A stretch of DNA of 41,155 nt from Phoronis australis (lineage: Eukaryota; Animalia; Phoronida). Both the position numbers and the translations under genes were made by a program. Under the pieces are notes generated by a model. That model was not told the DNA's origin and searched no databases. It was given only the letters and a program-made list of their open reading frames with translations. Below, one piece after another: positions 37,167 through 41,155 of this stretch. Numbering within the stretch: the stretch's first letter is position 1; each line of letters opens with the position of its first letter. The DNA is taken from NCBI GenBank assembly GCA_002633005.1, contig NMRA01000297.1, forward strand, positions 1 through 41,155. The letters are read 5' to 3'.

Positions 37167-38090
37167 AAGGCAATGATCATCGCCTGTTAGCCCGAACCAG
37201 AGGCGATGCAGCTCCCATAGGCACTGTACGCCGGAAGCTTTTCGGCGAATTATGCCTCGCACCGACTACACCATCAAAGTCACGTTGTTATAAATACCTT
37301 TTGCGCATAGAGGAACACCTCAGGAGGTTGTCGATGTGTAACAAATACTCCCGTTATCAAACGTTTTCTTCGAGCAGTCCCTATTTCAGTTAACAAAATC
37401 GTGAACTCACCATTTTTATACTGCGCACGCTTCAATTTTTACCGCGCTCGCTAGGTGATGTGATTTCATGACCTCAATCTTTAAATAGGCTAAAGGTGAG
37501 CCATTGCGGTCTTGTCAGTCAAATGTTCGTTTCCAAAATGCCACCACTTATACTTGTCTTTAATTGGCGTTACTTGAAACTGATTGTATTTCCATGAATT
37601 ATGGTTTGTATTTGATAAAAATAAATGCTGTTGATATGACATTTAATAGTCTTTGTGCACATATTTGACATTTTAATGTTTAACAACACGGCAAATGCAC
37701 GGCTGGTTCCCTGCAGCACTTACACAAAGGGCGGGAACTTCAGCTTTCAAAGTGCGCCGGTAGGACCGCAACTTCTGACCTTCGGCCTGGTTAAAAGAAT
37801 CTTTTGGCGTGCGCCGAGTGAAAATGTTGAGTTCACGATTTTGGGAATTGAAATAGGGACTGCTCGAAGAAAAAGTTTGATAACGGGAGTATTTGTTCGA
37901 GTTGGAAGGAATTAAACACATCGACAACCTCCTAAGGTGTTCCTCTATGCGCAAAAGGTATTTATAACAACGTGACTTTGATGGTTTAGTCGGTGCGAGG
38001 CATAATTCGCCAAAAAGCTTCCGGCGTACAGTGCCTATAGGAGCTGCATCGCCTCTGGTTCGGGCCAACAGAGGCGATGGTCATTGCCTA
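37167..38090. mobile_element. Mutator-like (MULE) non-autonomous element with ~250-bp TIRs and 9-bp TSD
   Basis: 37167-~37418 is the reverse complement of ~37819-38090 (AGGCAATGATCATCGCC... / ...GGCGATGGTCATTGCCT). GCGGTCAGG is duplicated at 37158-37166 and 38091-38099. Long TIRs with a 9-bp TSD are characteristic of MULEs. Confidence 0.85.
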
Positions 38091-38543
38091 GCGGTCAGGC
38101 GGCCTAGGCTTAGTAAGGCTTAGGCTTAGGGGCTTAGGAGCCAACGGCAATGGGTGTGCATGTGGTATCAAACAAAAGAATTTCATACATCACTCACATC
38201 ACACGATTTCAATCCAACGAATAACTGGTTACAGTTGAATTTCCTTTCAGGAAGCGTTGTTATTTCTAGTGTTTCATCGTTTTCAGTGGGTCCTCTGACT
38301 CCAACTTACTTAGTCCGAGGCGACTCGCCGATGCACTCCGTAATTGTTCCTCTCTCAAAGTTTACAGAACACAAACCTTGACTTATGTTGTTTGTGAAGA
38401 CATTGACCTTTTTTATCCACTTATCATCAAAATATTCTGTCTACTTCACGCTCCACGCATTTTTGACCGCAGAATCGCACTATTTGTCGTCGCGATTTTA
38501 TAACAAATGCAGACACCATTGATGAACCACGCTATCCCGGAGA

Positions 38544-38654
38544 CACAGGCACTTGAATTTATCTGTTCCTCGATTGCCTCTGACGTCACTCGCTACTAAG
38601 AAAGCATGTTTCTTGTATATGGTTACGAGTCATCGCGAAATTCGAGCGCCTGTG
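38544..38654. repeat. 111-bp inverted-repeat-bounded cassette (copy 2)
   Basis: CACAGGCACTTGAATTT ... AAATTCGAGCGCCTGTG; homologous to 24991-25103. Confidence 0.75.
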
Positions 38655-39257
38655 ATCCACAATTACAATTTTCGTTCCTCCGAAACACAAAGAGTAGTTT
38701 CCGCTTTTCGAGCCGTCGGCAACGCCGCGATGAGAAACCAATTTGCCGTGATAATTTTCTGGCAAATCCTATTTTTTTCGCGGAAGTGTAAAGAAAATAC
38801 GCGGAGGGAATAAAAGAAAAAAGCAGAAATCCGCATTTCCGCGGAACATTCCAAGTCTTGATGTTATCACATCTCTCAGATAAATGGCTATGCTCACGCA
38901 TGCGCCTACTCCTTACCTTTAAGTGTTTCATAATAAGCACTCATTGCTCTACTAAGCGTTCCGCGTCGAGCATTCACCACCACGCTCCTTTCGAAACCCA
39001 GCGAAAAGGGGGATCCCATTTCTCATATTCACATGCGGCAACAGGCTTTGCTTTGTTTTGGTCATTCACCACCACACTCCTTGCAAAACCAGGGGGAAAC
39101 ACTGCCTTAGGAGGCCGTTAAAGTATACATGTAATTTCGTAACTCGAACAGATACTCTTGTTTTCCCTCGTTCAGCTCCCAAAATCAGTAACTTACCATT
39201 TTAACACTGCGCGCCCCAGGTGGTATGATGTGATATCCCCTGGCACGCACAGTATTA

Positions 39258-39540
39258 GAAATGGCCAGTTACTGATTTTGGGAACTGAACGAGGGACTGC
39301 CAAAAGAAAAAGTTTGAGTATTTATTCGAGTTGGAAGGAATTAAATACATCGACGGCCTCCTCAGGTATCCCTCTATGCCAAAAGGTATTTATGACAATG
39401 TAGCATTGATGTTTTAGTCAGTGCAAGGCATGATTCGCCGAAAATCTTCCAGCGTATGAGGCGCCAATAGTATGAGGCGCCCATAGGCATAGGAGCTTCA
39501 CTGTCTCTACTGCGGAACCAGTAGAGACTGTGTACACTGT
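39258..39540. mobile_element. Diverged solo TIR of the Mutator-like family
   Basis: Collinear with 37821-38088 (shared TTCGAGTTGGAAGGAATTAAA, CCTCTATGC, CAAAAGGTATTTAT, ATTCGCC, ATAGGAGCT). Confidence 0.75.
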
Positions 39541-41155
39541 GTGTACCCGCAAAACTAGCTGGCTGGCTAGAGACAATACAGACAATGCATACCTATAATA
39601 GGGAGGACAATCAAAAAGTAGGTCACGGTGCTCCATATCTGCCTCCGTGTAAAACCCACGTCGGTAAATTACCTTATTTCAGACTTCAAAGTTAACTACA
39701 AGACAATTGTGACCCACCACCACAAAATGACTCTTAAGTCGGAAACTCTATTTCCCGATCAGACTGCAAACAGTCGCTATAGGTTAAAATTAGGTCAAAA
39801 TTTTTTATTGCAGATTATGATTATTTATTCATTCTACTTCACAAAACAATACTTTAAAACAAGCAAACTTCATTTTAAATCTTATTTATTTCATCTTGAA
39901 AAACACCACCTTCTCCACGACTGCATATCTCGTGAAATTTTCATCGAAATTTGCCGGTTTTCGTGTTCTCATTGCTCAGTCTTCCGATGACCCAATTCGC
40001 TCGTAAATACATCAACAGAAAGGTCAAACTCTGCTCATTATGCATGTAGTAAGCTCTTTGAGTTTTTCGTCCAATCATCAGTCGTTATTTCACGTTTTGC
40101 ATTCGGGGTATTTTCAACAGAAGTGTCACTCATCAGTCTTTTAGCTAGCAATGACCTTTTAACCCAATGCATCGCTGACCTCATTCGCTAGAACTAGTTA
40201 AGTGGGTGTGAAACTGTGGGGTCGCGAGGTCACGGCATGTTTTCAAGACAGTAAGATGGCTGGTCCCCGTGTAGCTGATATCTCAGTGATTAACTCTTGC
40301 CTCTGACTGCCGTATCAAGATCAGCGAGAATTAACTGAACTCATCAAAGAGCACATTTGTTGATTGAGACAAGGAGGAATTTCGTGACAGCGACGAGTCG
40401 TCTGACGGCAGCAAGTCGTCGCCAGATGAGTTTCATGATCGACCCATCGCGAATACGGTTATGTTGGATTCCAAGTCGTTGGATTGGAACAAACAGAACT
40501 TGAAGAAAGCAGTCCGAATTAGCTTAATCGCACAACGTCTTGTATCTGCAAAGCCAGTGGATCGGGGTACAAGCAGCTGAATATTACTGCAAGAGAGGGC
40601 TGAATCACTCGGTGAGAAGTCGAAGAAATGGATGCTCTTCAGTCAGTGTCAGTGGACTTGGATAGGGATGAGTGATTGTCATTTTTTTCAAAATTATTCA
40701 CACTAGCGTAAAATTTTGAATTATTTTGAATAAAAATCAACCAGAAACGTGTATTTTGTAATCTACAGGACTTCATTTTATTAAACTTCTACAAAATACA
40801 CTTAACTACTTGTTTTACTTGCGGTAACCCCTCCTGCCACAAGTGGACTGACCCTGTATACTTTAGGTGGGAAATTTATTGACCCAGTTGCAGCAACCCA
40901 ACATGAATATCACTCCTTTTTGGCTGAGATTACATAATAAGGTCTATATTCTTTCTAATTTTTTATTAGTTTTATTTGTTTATGTTGTTGTGCATACTAA
41001 TAAGTCTGAAATGTAGCATTCAACTGCAGGTTGCTATGGAAATTTTAAAGACACTATCGGCACTTTTTGTCGGCCATTTTCCTTGACTTTTGAAAGCTCT
41101 AAATTTTCGCTTTCCCCGACTAGAATTGGCAATAACTCGGTCATTTGTGAAGATA

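Larger units (their letters stand above)
36346..38860. mobile_element. CAGGG-ended (hAT-like) non-autonomous element with perfect 6-bp TSD ATGTTA, containing nested insertions
   Basis: TIRs CAGGGCTTGGAATG / CATTCCAAGTCTTG (12/14). ATGTTA lies at 36340-36345 and 38861-38866. Same family as 25415-25890. Confidence 0.85.

Noticed and set aside
36998-38068. Two 131-aa ORFs on opposite strands with nearly the same peptide
   Set aside because: They are translations of the two Mutator-like TIRs, with no domain features.
38103-38138. TTAGGC/TTAGG telomere-like repeats next to the MULE TSD
   Set aside because: Only ~4-5 imperfect units; compatible with ordinary simple-repeat slippage.
38200-38520. 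Minus-strand KWIKKVN...LCSVNFE, reminiscent of a THAP domain
   Set aside because: It lacks the conserved His and a credible N-terminal C-x-C motif and is interrupted by stops; insufficient to call.
39190-39245. AACTTACC resembling the U1 snRNA 5' end
   Set aside because: Downstream sequence does not match U1. It is simply the complement of a GTAAGT donor-like site with no supportable exon.

Overview
This is eukaryotic DNA, probably from an invertebrate animal, in a draft scaffold with four N-gaps (2844-2948, 4903-5053, 15056-15561, 17354-18075). Bases 1-13.6 kb are a C-rich 10-bp satellite (consensus CCACTGGCCT) with higher-order structure; the ORFs called there are artefacts of the repeat. 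Bases 13.6-18.5 kb hold CAG(T/A/G)GGCGGATC-ended non-autonomous DNA transposons with apparent 5-bp target-site duplications (TSDs) and a tRNA-derived sequence. Bases 19301-22410 are a full-length piggyBac element whose ~594-aa DDD transposase is broken by only two frameshifts; unusually, it is flanked by a ~91-bp direct duplication rather than a clean TTAA TSD and is followed by a 42-bp minisatellite. Five coding exons of a STARD7-like phosphatidylcholine-transfer (START domain) gene lie on the minus strand (23981-33034); I could not find exon 1 in the window. Its introns and the upstream region are packed with DNA-transposon derivatives: a Harbinger MITE, a CAGGG-ended family with 6-bp TSDs, a nested Mutator-like element with 9-bp TSD and a covarying terminal hairpin, a foldback element, and a Helentron-like end carrying CTCF-type motifs. 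I see no CRISPR, rRNA or prokaryotic system. The best novelty candidates are transposon-mechanism observations.
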